The translations under genes were made by a program, and so were the position numbers. A DNA stretch of 64,000 nt from Chrysomallon squamiferum (lineage: Eukaryota; Animalia; Mollusca), in NCBI GenBank assembly GCA_012295275.1, contig CM022667.1:12214001-12278000 (forward strand), in the 5' to 3' direction. The first letter of the stretch is position 1, and every line of letters starts with the position of its first letter. A model generated the notes under the pieces. The model was given only the letters and a program-made list of their open reading frames with translations. It had not been told where the DNA came from and did not search any database. This document shows, piece by piece, positions 43,401 to 56,902 of the stretch.

Positions 43401-43959
43401 TATAAGTGTGTTTTAAAGTGATATTTTCTTTGCTTGGGCTGGTTGTTTTTTTGTTTTGTTTTTATGATCGTATTTTGATGTAGTCAGGAATTTGTATGTC
43501 TTTCAAATTTTATTGGGTTTGGGATTATACTTCAGTTTATTGTTTGTGTGTGTTGTTCTTGTTGTTCTTCGTCTTGTTTTCTTGTTATTTATTTATTTAT
43601 TTATTTATTTACTTGTTCATTCATTTATTGTATTTTGATTGTGTGTGGTTTTTTTGTTGTTGTTTGTTTATGGTGGGTGTGTTTTTAAGCTTATTATCAT
43701 TGTTGTTGTTGGTGGTGGTGATGCTGTTGCTGGTGTTGTCTTTGTTGTTGTTTTATTCAGTTATTTTTCAAGTCTCTGAATAAAATAAAGGGCCGATATG
43801 TCCAAATAAATAAATAAATAAATATAAGTAGATAGGTAGATATGTAGCTAGGGAGGTATACTGGAACTAAACAAAACTAAACAACCTTTATTGAAATGAA
43901 ATTTAAAAAAAAAAAAATAAAATAAAAAAAAAAATCCTTTAATTTACCTCCACAAAACA

Positions 43960-44560
43960 TTCTCGACATTCTAAGGCGGTTTTTACAATATTTACGACAA
44001 GACAATTCAATTGTCGACATCTGTTAGAAAAGATTTTTCTACAAATACCTAATAACCAGTGACACCTAGTGGGTCGGACTTATTCTCATTTAGACGTAAA
44101 TTCTCTGCACGTGTGACGGCTACAATTCACTCGCTTGTCGTCTGCAATAACCAGACACGCAAAAACCTCTTCACAAAAAAAAAAAAAAAAAAAAAAAGAA
44201 TTTAAAGATTAAGACCAAGATGTCGGCATTTATTCTAATGTCCACAAAACAATCGTCTAAGCTTTCTGTTGGGTCTAAATTAGTCTTCTTGCCTGCTCCA
44301 GCCCTGAGATCCAGCACAATTACACGGGAAAAGCGGTGGAAACGTGTCAAAGTAGCCAGCTTTCAATCGATACATTGGTCGCTCCTCAAATCGCGCGGCA
44401 GACGTCGAGTAGGGTTAACGTCACTTCCTAACAAAATATTTACAAATTAGCGACAGCAGACGTCAATCATTGCTGACCATATTGGTGGCGGGAAAAGCCT
44501 CGCGGATTAATCAGACGACAACCTGTCACGAGTAAATGCGATGGAGTTGTCTCCCTTTTA
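43960..44560. promoter_or_regulatory. CpG-retaining island, putative regulatory element
   Basis: CTCF-like CCACTAGGTGTCA on the minus strand at 44060-44072; CACGTG at 44108; GGATTAATCA near 44505; CCTGTCA. Confidence 0.38.
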
Positions 44561-44859
44561 TGTTGGAAGAAGAAGGTTAAAAAAAAAATTAAAAGAAAGA
44601 GAGAGAAAAAGAAGAAAAGAAAAGCTAAAATGTCTAGCGGTTTCATTTACTTGTTTTGGGGATATTCAGGTTTTCAAATATAATAAATGGCTGGCGATTA
44701 TCGCATTAAGCTTCAGAGTGACAGTAAAATTCTAATCCTGACGACTGCACTCAAAGAATTACTTAAGAAGATTTCTGTAATCGCTATTTGTCCAGCCGTG
44801 AAATTATTACCGCGTCTTGATGGTTTATGTCATGATATCTCTCAGACCAAACATTTCTG

Positions 44860-45070
44860 ATCATGAAGTTCACCACTGTTTTTTTTTAGACTGGGAGTGA
44901 ATGGTATCGAATCCTGGTATCAAATTCAATCAGGTGTAATTTGGATCTTGTCGTTTTGCATTCACTTCTTTAGCTAACGTTCTAACTAACTTTACTATAA
45001 AAAAAGTCTAACATACTAACCACTGTTTGGGTTGGCTGCATTTTTTTTTCTTCCATATAGCTGCTGGATA
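44860..45070 (+). mobile_element. possible decayed tRNA-derived SINE remnant
   Basis: Pol III B-box-like GGTATCGAATCC at 44903-44914 (consensus GGTTCGAATCC); downstream CTAACCACTGT...ATAGCTG resembles a second gastropod SINE from recall only. Confidence 0.3.
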
Positions 45071-45411
45071 TCTTTTACAATCATTTCAGTACCATAATGA
45101 TGACTGGTGCTTTGTAATCATTACTACAAAAACCTCGAACATTTCAGGAAGCAAACCTTTATTCATTATACTGTTCATCTATTAATTCAGTTAATCATTC
45201 ATTACAACGTTCGTTCATTCATTCTTTTATTTATTCATTCATTAGCTGCACCGTTCGTTCATTTATTGATCCTTTTGTTTATTCATTGTATTCATTCGTT
45301 CATTCGTTAAATTTTTCGTTTGTTCATTACACCGTTCATTCAATCATCAGATCATCATCCATCCGTTTATTCCTTCGTTTATTTGCCAAATTCACTTCAC
45401 TTATTCTATTA

Positions 45412-45462
<51 letters not shown>

Positions 45463-45993
45463 TTTTTTTTTTTTTATCGCCAATCATTTATTATGTTTCT
45501 TTCCACTATTAACAGACCTCAAAACATTTAAACAAGAATTAGTAACTTACAGAAAAAAAAAACCTGTCTCTTGTAAACGTCTCTTCTCACCCGGGGTATC
45601 TCACATATCTCACGCGAGGTGACAATACCCGATATCAGCCTCGTTATCGCCTTGTGATTGGCTTCAAGCAAAACACGGGTATTTCGCATGTTTGACAGAG
45701 ATTGAACACGTCAAAACAACAAGGTCAAGTACACGGTGTCGAGTCTGTCTGTCTGTCTGTCTGTACTATTTATCACATGACTTCTGTCAGGCTCGTGATG
45801 CGTATTAAAATAATCTGCTGCCCGGACACCCTGGTAATGTCAGTTTTATGAGGATTTAAAAAAAAAAAAAAAAAAAAAATGATTTTCTGTATGTTCGAAT
45901 GTAGTCATTCAATACACTCAAATACACATATTATTATACATTTACATATAAATATATAACAAACCAAAAAAAACAACGATATATTATATATAT

Positions 45994-46025
<32 letters not shown>

Positions 46026-46042
46026 GTATATATATTTATATA

Positions 46043-46093
<51 letters not shown>

Positions 46094-47968
46094 TTTGTTA
46101 TATATATTAGAATCTTCATGGGTATAATTTATCTTCATGGTTATACGTGTGCTCCTTAGGGTGTGACGTCTTTACGAACGTTTATGTATATACGTGACTC
46201 AGTGTATCTGTGTACAAATTTATTATGTATCTATCTATGTATGAATGTATGTATCTATGGTCGAATGTATTCATCTATGTATGAATGTTTTCCATCAGAA
46301 TTCATCAGAAATTTTAGTAAACTTTATTATTTAATCCAAAGTTGCTGAAAAAAAAAAAAAAACAAACAAACAAAAACAACAACAACAACAAAGAAAAGAA
46401 AAGAAAAACAAAAAAAAAAAAAACAGCAACAAGAAAACTGCAGGAATATAACTAACAAAACAGATGTTAATTTTTTTTTCTTCTTTCCTTCTTTTTTTTT
46501 TCTTATTTTACTTGGCACAAGAAAAGATGGTATCTGCAAAACTATTACTATTTTTTTTTTCTTTTACAATTTTATTTCAGTTTGAACAATCTTGTTAACA
46601 TTATACTTTTAGACAATTTCGGGCGCCATCATGAATTTCTCGGCATCAACACAAACAAAAATCAAAATAAAAAAAAAATAAATTTCAAAAAAAAAGAAAC
46701 AACACAAAAAAAGAAGAAAAAACAAGAAAAAAAGAGAGGTTTAAAACATAATGTAACATAACGCAGAGTTTATCTGTCGCTTCCAGTCTAATTATCAGCA
46801 AAAAAAAAAAAAACACACGGAATCACGCCATTACACACTGTACAACAAGAACGCCAAGAACTCTGTGCGCATGTCAAAGTGAAAGTGACAGGATCAGGTG
46901 CGTGCTTCCGGTGGCTGGGGTCAGCCTCGCGTCAGCCCAGTTCAACTGTCGAACTGCGGTGTTTGAAGATAATATCCGCTCATGGGGATATTTGGATGGG
47001 AAGTCGTTAATAGTTTGTAATTACTTCAGTATGCCAAGTGTTCATTTTTTATTCTTTTTTTTTCTCATCTTTTTTACATACTCTCGCAGCTGACTTTGTG
47101 TTTTCGTTTGCTGTTTCATTTTCGTGACTTTTTTTTTTTTTTTTACTTTTTAACTTTTTTAATTATTATTGTTTTGTTTTGATTTTTTTTACTGGTTATT
47201 TATTCATTTTATAAATTTTTAAAACTTTTTTTTTATTGTTGTTATTATTATTATTTCTGGTTCTGTTTTAAACGTTTGTTGTATTAAAAAGAAACAAGGT
47301 ATATGTTTTTTGTTTTGTTTTTTTGGTATCAAGATTTTATTGGAACATTTATAATATCATTGTTCTTAGTTTGTATTTTATTTTACATTTTCATTTTTAT
47401 TTTTATTTCTATATTCATTTATTTATTTTATTTTATTTTATTTTATTTTATTATTTTTATTATTGCACTGTCTTCCGAATTACCGCTGTTTACACTGAAA
47501 TAAAACGGAAATACACAAATAAAATTATATAAATTACAAAGGAAAATTACTCAACTTAATCATGATAATCTGTTTTTGCTCTGTATAATTTGAAAACCAT
47601 TTTTATTCTTGACTTAATGGTTCTTTCTTACTTTCTTGATTTAGTTATTTATTGGTTTTGAAATATTTTATTATACGATGTCTAATACATGTTAATTTAT
47701 TCTCTGTTTGTCTAGATGTGTGTGTGTTTGTATCTGTATATTATATATTACCAGAGTTATACACAGAGGAAGAGAGAGAAAGAGAGGGATTTATTTCATT
47801 ATTCCCTCAACTAATCTGCAGAACTATCAATCTCATTATCTCTACCTAACCTTTTCTGAAAAGATCTGCCTCTTATTTTTCTTAATCTTTCAAATATTAT
47901 ACAACTGTCTTCATTCCATCTTCAAAAGTTTTTTTTTATAGTTTTTTTAAACATATCTCTTAAGTTCA

Positions 47969-47970
<2 letters not shown>

Positions 47971-48062
<92 letters not shown>
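47971..48062. repeat. (AG)n microsatellite
   Basis: Direct reading. Confidence 0.97.
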
Positions 48063-48063
<1 letters not shown>

Positions 48064-48427
48064 CAAGAAAAAACATTTATTAAAATACAGAAGAAAAAAA
48101 AAAATCGCTGATATTTTTCCTTAACTCATTTTTGCACTGACAGACACCTCTATAAAGAGGTATCAAAATACTGGTACGCAGGGCGGATTACAACATTATA
48201 AAACAGAAAAAACAAAAACAAACAGAACTCATATATTTAATAACAAAACCAGAAACAAAAGCACAATTAAGAGTCCCGTTTGGAAACAATAAGCACTAAT
48301 CTTTTATCTCTGGCCGGCCCGTTCTCAGATTATAGTTGACATCAGCGGATCAAACAAAAGTAAACAGTCCATTGAAAAACGCGTATCTATCTTGTCTCCG
48401 CGCACGTGCATTAGCGGTGCGTTAAAG

Positions 48428-48687
48428 GGCGATAAATCAGCGCGGGGAGCAGCTGCCGCTAGGTGGTAAAGGAGCCTATCTCGTCCTGCTGACGTTTTTA
48501 TGGCGAGTTTTGCCTTCCTTCGCCTCGATTGAGAAGTAAAGAGCACGGTAAACGCGCTCCAATGGGTTCGGTAAATAAACAGAGGCACGCTGGAAGCAAC
48601 ACGCAAACATATCAATCTACAGATGTTGGAAACGAACGGAACAAGTGCGTTTTGGCACTCGGAACAGCTTCCCGCTGATTTATCGCC
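48428..48687. repeat. perfect 15-bp inverted repeat pair GGCGATAAATCAGCG / CGCTGATTTATCGCC
   Basis: Arms at 48428-48442 and 48673-48687 are exact reverse complements with a 230-bp spacer. Confidence 0.9.
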
Positions 48688-49364
48688 ATCGAATGCGTCG
48701 ACGACTCGATTTCGCGAACGGGGAGAAGAACAAAACGACAGTGTCCAACCAAATGTTTGCCAGATCCATTCTTAAAGAGATCGGTGTCGCACACACAATG
48801 GCGGGTAAGGGTGCGCGGCCTGGAAAATGAAAAAAAAAAAAAAAGGGGTGGGGATTATAGAAACTCGGCCATTTCACCCGTGTTCTTACATGATCTTGCG
48901 TGTAAATGTTCTGCTTTATCGAGACCACTTTATAATGTCTGTATTATCGAGACTCTCGGGCAGCTGCTGACGTTAGAAAAATGTTTTTAGCTGAAAAGGC
49001 TTTTCTTTTTTTTTTTTCCTTTTTTTTTAAATTCTTTTTATTAAAAGCTGAAAGAAAAAAAAAAAAAAAAAAGAATTCCTTGAAATGGAAAAAGACGGGT
49101 TCAAAACGTTTCTTATTCATCGTCAAAGTTCCTTTCAAGAACAAGCATTAAGACCGAGAAAGAAAAAAAAAATGAACGATTCTTTTTTTTTTTTTTTTTT
49201 TTTTTGCAGAAGCGACGATTGGCCAACATGATTTATGACGTTCTAAGGGGTCACGTGTCACCGACGCCTCGCTTGGGTGGTCAAAAAGTGGGAAAAATAA
49301 GATCCTATAAGGAAAACGGATTATTTGGAGAAAGGGATATCATTTTGATAACGAAATCCTCACG

Positions 49365-49401
<37 letters not shown>

Positions 49402-49595
49402 TGTTTTGATGGTATACACATGTTGAATCAAAACCTGTGGCATTCTTCTGACATTTGACCCGCCATCTTCTGAAAATTTTATGGTTAATTTCGCCACACT
49501 AATTCGGACCCCCATGTGAAGTGTGGTAAACAAGACGCTTGTTATGGCGACGCCTTTCGTTTCGCGGCAAAGGGAGGAGGGTGGGAAAAATGTCA

Positions 49596-49950
49596 GACAT
49601 TCAGAAATTTTAATTTTTTAATTTTTTTAATTTTTAATTTTTTTTTTTAAATTTTATTTATTTATTTATTTATTTACTGTTATTTTTTAATTTTTAATTT
49701 TTTTAATTTTTTTTTTTTTTTATATATTTAATTTTTGGCTTATTCTTGTTCTTACAGTTTTCTTTTGTTGTTGTTGTTGTTGTTATTAGACATTCTAAAA
49801 TTTTTTTTTTAATTTATTTTAAAGTTTATTTATTATTTATTTATTTACTGTTATTTTTGAATTTTTGAATTTTAAATTTTTTTTTTTTTAATTCTTGGTT
49901 TATTGTTGTTCTTACTGTTTTCTTTTGTTTTGTTGTTGTTGTTTTTGTTG
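49596..49950 (+). repeat. diverged tandem duplication of about 190 bp, T-rich
   Basis: AGACATTC at 49596 and 49788; each copy carries TATTTACTGTTATTTTT and TTGTTCTTACWGTTTTCTTTTGTT in the same order. Confidence 0.85.
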
Positions 49951-49953
49951 TTG

Positions 49954-50011
<58 letters not shown>

Positions 50012-50425
50012 TACTACTACTACTACTACTATTATTTAAATTAAAATCTTATTTAAAATAATAATAATAATGATAATAATGATAATACTATTTACGTTTA
50101 AGTCAACGTTATGGCTATTGTCCCATTACGTCAGGTAAATGAACTGTTTACTGAGGTCATATCATATAAATGAAACAAACACTTTAGAATATTGGTCCTC
50201 TGAAAAGAATAACATCTTCACAATTAACAAAGGTTTCACGCCTATAGAAATTAAATATCGTGTCATTAATTAAAACAAACTTTAAGCTTATACTTTTTTG
50301 TTATTGTTGCTTATGAGTTTATTTATTTATTTAATATTTCTCTCTTTTTACGTTACTTTTACATTCATTTCGAAAATATTATTTTTCATAATTATATAAT
50401 CTTTTTTATTTACTTATTTATTTAC

Positions 50426-50480
<55 letters not shown>

Positions 50481-51255
50481 TATTATGTATCTTTTTTCTG
50501 TTTTAATTAAAATGCATATTTATTATGCAAATTAATCTTAATTTGTATTGTTTGATGTTATTTTTTTCACTTATACATTAAATCTTTTCTTTTTTTGAAT
50601 TAAATTAAAAATCTCTCAAATAAAAATGAAAATGATGAATGCTTTTCGAAAATTATTCTATTGTTGTTAAAATTAACAGAACGACCGCATCAGAATATTA
50701 ACAAACATGATTCTCCGGATTTATGCAACAACTCCTCTTCTCGATTAAACATCATAACCATGACTACTACTACAACAACAACAGCAACAACAACAGCAAC
50801 AACAACAATGATAACATTATACATATTCGGAACAGAAAACGTCAAAAACCTCTCATGATGACAACTGCCAACCATCTGCTAGTGTGTAAATTGAAGCCGC
50901 CATCTTGAAACCAGTTGAAAACACTTCGAAAAAAATAAAAAAATAAAACATAAAAAAATAAAAAAATTGTAAAAATGTAATTGTCTTAAAATGCGTCGAC
51001 AACATGCTGCAGAATGCATGACGCACACGCGACTCTTTGACGCATGATCTGGCTACGACAACGTTCACGACAACAACGACAATCAGATACGACGACACCG
51101 TGAAGAGGCGCATTGAGAGCAGCACGAACTTTTCTCACTTTGAAGCCGCGAAAAAAACAACAAAAAACAAACAATTAAAAAAAAAAAAAACAGTTTCACG
51201 CCAGATATTCGTGTACAAAGAAAAACTTCAGCTCTCCACCACCAGGGGCCGTTCA

Positions 51256-51322
<67 letters not shown>

Positions 51323-51327
<5 letters not shown>

Positions 51328-51422
51328 TATACGAAATTTTAATATATATATATACTATTATTATAATCATTGTTATTATTAAAGTTTTATCCGAAATTTT
51401 AATATATATATATATATATATA

Positions 51423-51471
<49 letters not shown>

Positions 51472-51510
51472 GCTATTATTATCATTATAGTTTTATGCGA
51501 AATTTTAATA
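51323..51510 (+). repeat. three copies of 22-bp AGTTTTATVCGAAATTTTAATA separated by variable microsatellite spacers
   Basis: Copies at 51323, 51383, 51489. Confidence 0.9.
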
Positions 51511-51889
51511 AACGTTCTGTTCTGTCTTTGTTGTTGTTTTTTGTTTTTTTCTTTTTTCGTATTTTTCTTTTCTAATGAGTTTGCTGGTGTTTTTTAGTTT
51601 TGTTCGTTTTAAGTTGAATTCAGTGCTGAAACACCTTGACAACATCTTTAAAAACAGTTTGTACCATATTTATTTATTTATTTATTTATTTATAGCGTTA
51701 AATCTCACACAAACAGGCTTTTCGTTATTTAAACTTTTTACGAGAGTTTTTTCATTGTTTTATTCCCCATTAAAAAATGATGTTAACGATAACGACGACA
51801 ACATAATCGACAACAACAGCAGTATTACTGATAAAAACAACAGTAACAGTAATAATTTTTTCACAAGAAAAAAAGAAGAATCGATTTGC

Positions 51890-52010
51890 AACTATTACTG
51901 TTATTATTGTTATTATTATCATCATCATCATCATTATTATTATCATTATTATTATTATTATTATATTATCATCCTCATCATCATTATCATCATCATCATC
52001 ATCATCATCA

Positions 52011-52066
<56 letters not shown>

Positions 52067-52078
52067 GTTATTATTATT
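51890..52078. repeat. (ATT)n/(ATC)n compound microsatellite
   Basis: Direct reading. Confidence 0.95.
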
Positions 52079-52849
52079 CAGCTGTATGTAATAATTATTC
52101 CTCTTATTACGTTTTAAATAATAATGGACCAGAACCAAGTCTATCAACATCTTCGCTTACAAGTCGACTATCGCGAAATCGGCATGTGTTTAATATAAAG
52201 AGCTCATTACGGAATCTGCCGATCGCGCAGTAACCGATGGTTCGTGAGATTTCGGCGTCTGGTGACAGCTTTCATGATATATTGACGATAAACTGGAGAA
52301 GACATGTGCCGCCATCTTTGAATTAAAAATATTCTGTCGTTATCTTAGCAAGGAACGAATTAATGAGAGTGTAGGACGAATGTATTGAATAAAGAGATTA
52401 TTGTTAGATATTTTTAGACTTGTTTGTCTTGGCGTATTCTGATTTCAAAACATGATAACGTGTTTCTGTTTGTTTTGTGGAACCTGTCGTTTTGTCTGGT
52501 TGGCTTCTTTTTGCAGGATAACCGTTTAAAAATAAAATATAATCAAACAACAACCATAGTGCAGTAAAATAAAAACAATACAATACAATACAATACAATG
52601 ATAATTACTTACGTTCTTTCTTACAAATCATGAGATATTATTCCAACGGGAGGGGGTAATATTTTCATGACATTTCATGTGAAAGAAAGTTACTGAAGTT
52701 CAGTATGTTGTATAATATTGCGTTGTGTTGTGTCGTATTATTTTTTGTTTGTTTCATTTCATTTATTTGTTTCTTTCCCATTCCAAGATACTGTTAATAT
52801 TTGTATTGTTTTGTTCATACCTTTCTTGAAACGACCTTTTATTATTTAT

Positions 52850-52946
52850 CACCATCATTATCTTCTTCTTCTTCTTCTTCTTCTTCTTATCATTATTATT
52901 ATTATAATTATTATTATTATTATTATTATTATTATCATCATCATCA

Positions 52947-53010
<64 letters not shown>

Positions 53011-53050
53011 TGTAATTGTTACTGTTATTATTATTGTTGTTGTTGTTAAC
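52850..53050. repeat. (CTT)n/(ATT)n/(ATC)n compound microsatellite
   Basis: Direct reading. Confidence 0.95.
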
Positions 53051-54150
53051 ATTGGATGTGGTGGTGGTGATGTTATTGATGGTTGTGGCTGTGGTAGTTT
53101 TAACTATTTCGGAATATGAAAGATTCTTCACTTAATATATGAGGTGTTTCTTTCTTCTTTTTTTTTCTTTTTTTACCCCACTGTGTTATTTTGGTTCTTT
53201 CTTAATTGGTGATTTATCAAAAACTTTAAAATGTTACTCCTGTTTTGATTATTATAAAGAATTTATATTTAAAGCTGTACTGGCACTGCACTGAATTATA
53301 ACAAAAATATGTAACCCGAAACATTAAAGTTAACAACAAACAAATAAAGAAGGAAAAAATGTGCAGTCCATTTCACGAAAACAAGAAATGTGTTTACTAT
53401 TTCCATTAAAACGGTTTCAAGGTAATTACACACTGATCTCGGAACAGAAAAATAATCAAACTCGTTACGTCCTGAAAACGACACGAAAGTGGAAAAAAAA
53501 AAAGAAATAAAAAGAAAACAAAAAAGTCTGTTTGATGTGTGAAACTGACCACGTTTTACGATGTTTACAAGTTAACTAATATCACAGCACACTTGATTAA
53601 CGTTGTTCTAGATCGGGAGAAAAGAAAACACTAACCCTAACGATGTCTGTTTCATGTTTTGGATCCCGAGACCCCAAACAAAAACAGTACCACACAATGA
53701 AATTAACTAATTTCGGATTGCACGCGTTAAATGTGGCTATTGGTCCGTATACCGTCTATAAAAATAAAAATTAGACGTCACACGCCCTCTTCTTAATACG
53801 TCTAGAGATCAAAGAAGATGATGAATGCCTACTTATGTAACTTAGCATGATGTTGCGTTTCCGTATTTCTGTTTGGATATAACAAATCCAAGTTATTTAA
53901 GCGAATCCACGCTTAAGCCGTTTTAATTGATTCAAAAATCTTCAAAGTCAAAATGCAACAAGTTGCGACAAATACAAAACGGTGAAACAGACAAGCAATC
54001 TACCCAACGTGTTTATGGGGGGGGAAGGAAAGGAGGGGCAGGTAGACTCCCTACCGTTATGTCTGTTTTCGCTTTGAAATTTACAAAATAATAAAAACAT
54101 GTGTTTATGGCACAGCTTTCCCCGTATGTCACTGAAATCGACATCAGTGT

Positions 54151-54183
<33 letters not shown>

Positions 54184-54945
54184 CTTCTTACGATGAAACG
54201 AAGTGAATTAATTATTTGAAAACACGACTTTGTAAAAGGATAAGGTTGTCATTGAAAGAGGTACATTATTACGTGGGACGCAGTCCTCTTTACAACAAAA
54301 GGGCATGCTGGGTAAAAACGGTCACGACATTGTAAATAAAATCCCTTGTTATTTGACTTTGCCGTCTTAATTACCCCGCGGGATGGATTTAAATGCTTGG
54401 AAAAAAAAAAAGGTGGGTCTCATTATTGCACGAAATTGTAGCCACACGAGGGCGTCACGGTTGAGTGAATGTTTGTACGATGATGCACTACTGGAAATGT
54501 ACAAACACGGTAATGTACCAAATGAAATACAGCACACACACACAACAAATAATAATTGACTAATAAATGTTGTAATATATCATCTGCAGGATTTTTAATG
54601 TTTTTCAGGATAATTTCCTTTTTTTATTAGTCGCTGTACACCAGTGATGCTGCTGCTGTGGCTGCAATTGTCGCCGCTGTACGAGCTGATGATACAGTTG
54701 TCGACAGTAATTAGTTTTCTTATCTCGATGTGTCGATCTGAATGTTGTTGGTATTAATTATTTAATAAATAACGAGTAAAAGGGGTTTGTTATCTAAATG
54801 TTAGTTTAACAATAGATCAGCACTTAATAGTTCTCTCTCTGTCTCTTTATTTCTCTTTTTCGTTCTCTTTTACTTTCTTTCTGTCCTTATATTAATCTCT
54901 TATTTTTTATTTTTATTTATCTGTCTTTCTATGTGTATGTCTATA

Positions 54946-55032
<87 letters not shown>

Positions 55033-55831
55033 CTTTTTCTCGTATATACTAAAAGACTCGGATATCTTCACAACATACATTTCTAATCATCTTAAAACAA
55101 CAATAAAAAAAAATAGTTTCAACAAGAAAATAATCTTCTATGACATAGCATAAAATTGTCACATATATTAGTATTAATGTATTCATATCACAAATCCAAA
55201 CTGCAGACATATCGCAGACAGCAATGCTGGGTTCCTCTGGCGCACTAAGATAACAGTTGCTATACGCTCTCTCTCCGTCCCTCATAAAAAGAACAAACCG
55301 AAATTTAAAAAAAAAAAAAAAAAAAAAAAGCTCAGAACGTTTAGTGCACATAAAGACGCTTTCACACGTAGCGTTTTACAGAAACGATTTCTGAGAAAAT
55401 TTATAAAAAAGATAAAAACGACATTTTAAATTAACGATCTGAAACAAATAAAAAAGTAAACAGCGTGTGTTTCTGACTTTAGTGATTAAACGTAATATTA
55501 TTATTCCTTTTTTTTTTTTTTATCATTATTATTTCAGTTTTCTTTTTCTACTTCTATTTAAACTATAAATCATACTTTTTTGGACCTGTTTCAAATTTCC
55601 ACCGAACGTTCCAGGGTAAACAATTCAATACAGGGTTGTTATTTTCGAAAACGATATATCGTTTATGTATATTTATTTATTTATTTCTGTTTGAAATTAT
55701 TCCATGAAATGACATAATGACGAAGAGATTTTATTACAAATTATCATTAACAAATGCAGTAATTTCATTCATTAAAACTGTATCAGACGAATATAACAGT
55801 GTTTTTTCTAACCCATCTCTTCAGATAACAA

Positions 55832-55917
<86 letters not shown>

Positions 55918-56229
55918 GTCCATCTCTTTACATCAAACTCTCTCCGTCTGAACTTATAAACGGTTTCTGCAAATCGGCCAGTTGGTCGTTACCTTTAGGT
56001 CTGCCGGGCATGGCAGAAACTGCAGGGGAAGGTCTCCACGCCGGCCCATTAAAACGACCATCGCTGTTTCATACAGTTTTTCGTGCCCAATAAAGTGGAA
56101 AACTGCTGCATGTAAACCCGTCTATGATCAGCTGATGTGGGCAATAAACTTTATAGCACAGAGGAACACTCGTGAACTGCGTGACGCAAATACCTCGTTT
56201 TACTCACGAGTCGAGCATTAAGTGTATAT

Positions 56230-56585
56230 GAATATGTTAATGAGCTATTAACATAAATTATATTGCCATAATTAGTGTATAATATGATTTATTTCGTTAG
56301 TAAAAACGTATTGTGTAAATGCAGACTGTTTGAGAGGTGCGTGTAATAAACGTAGGTGAATATGCTAATCAGCTATTAACATAAATTATATTGCTACTGT
56401 CAGTGTTTCAGATATGATTTATTTCATTAGTGAAATTTATCGTGTAAAAAAAAAAAAAAAAAAAGTAGATGTTAATGAATAATTTATTAACCTGTAATTA
56501 CTGAATAAAATGCTACGTTTCATCAGTAAAAATAAACACACGTATTAAGTGAAGACGAATATGGTAATGAGCTATTAACATAAAT
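56230..56585 (+). repeat. diverged local repeat with palindromic core TATGTTAAT-GAGCT-ATTAACATA
   Basis: Cores at 56233, 56361, 56560; the first two copies are alignable over about 85 bp with a 128-bp period. Confidence 0.85.
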
Positions 56586-56868
56586 GAGTTAAAGCGTCAT
56601 AATAAAATGTCTTACGATTAACATGAACATAAATATTATATAAGTTATTTAGGCACTGGCCATGAGATCATAAATATCATAAATTATGTTGCAAATCTTA
56701 GCTAATTATTTAATTTATTTTACAATGATTAATTTTTTTCTCTGTCGATAAAAATGAGCATAAATATTATACTAATCTTTCATATGCGAGCAAATATCTT
56801 AAATGGATTTTGTTTATTTTATGAATTATAAATATAAATCATATTAATACAGTTTGTCGAGTTTAGTT

Positions 56869-56902
<34 letters not shown>

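Noticed and set aside
53631-53641. Telomere-like CTAACCCTAAC
   Set aside because: Fewer than two full units; chance.
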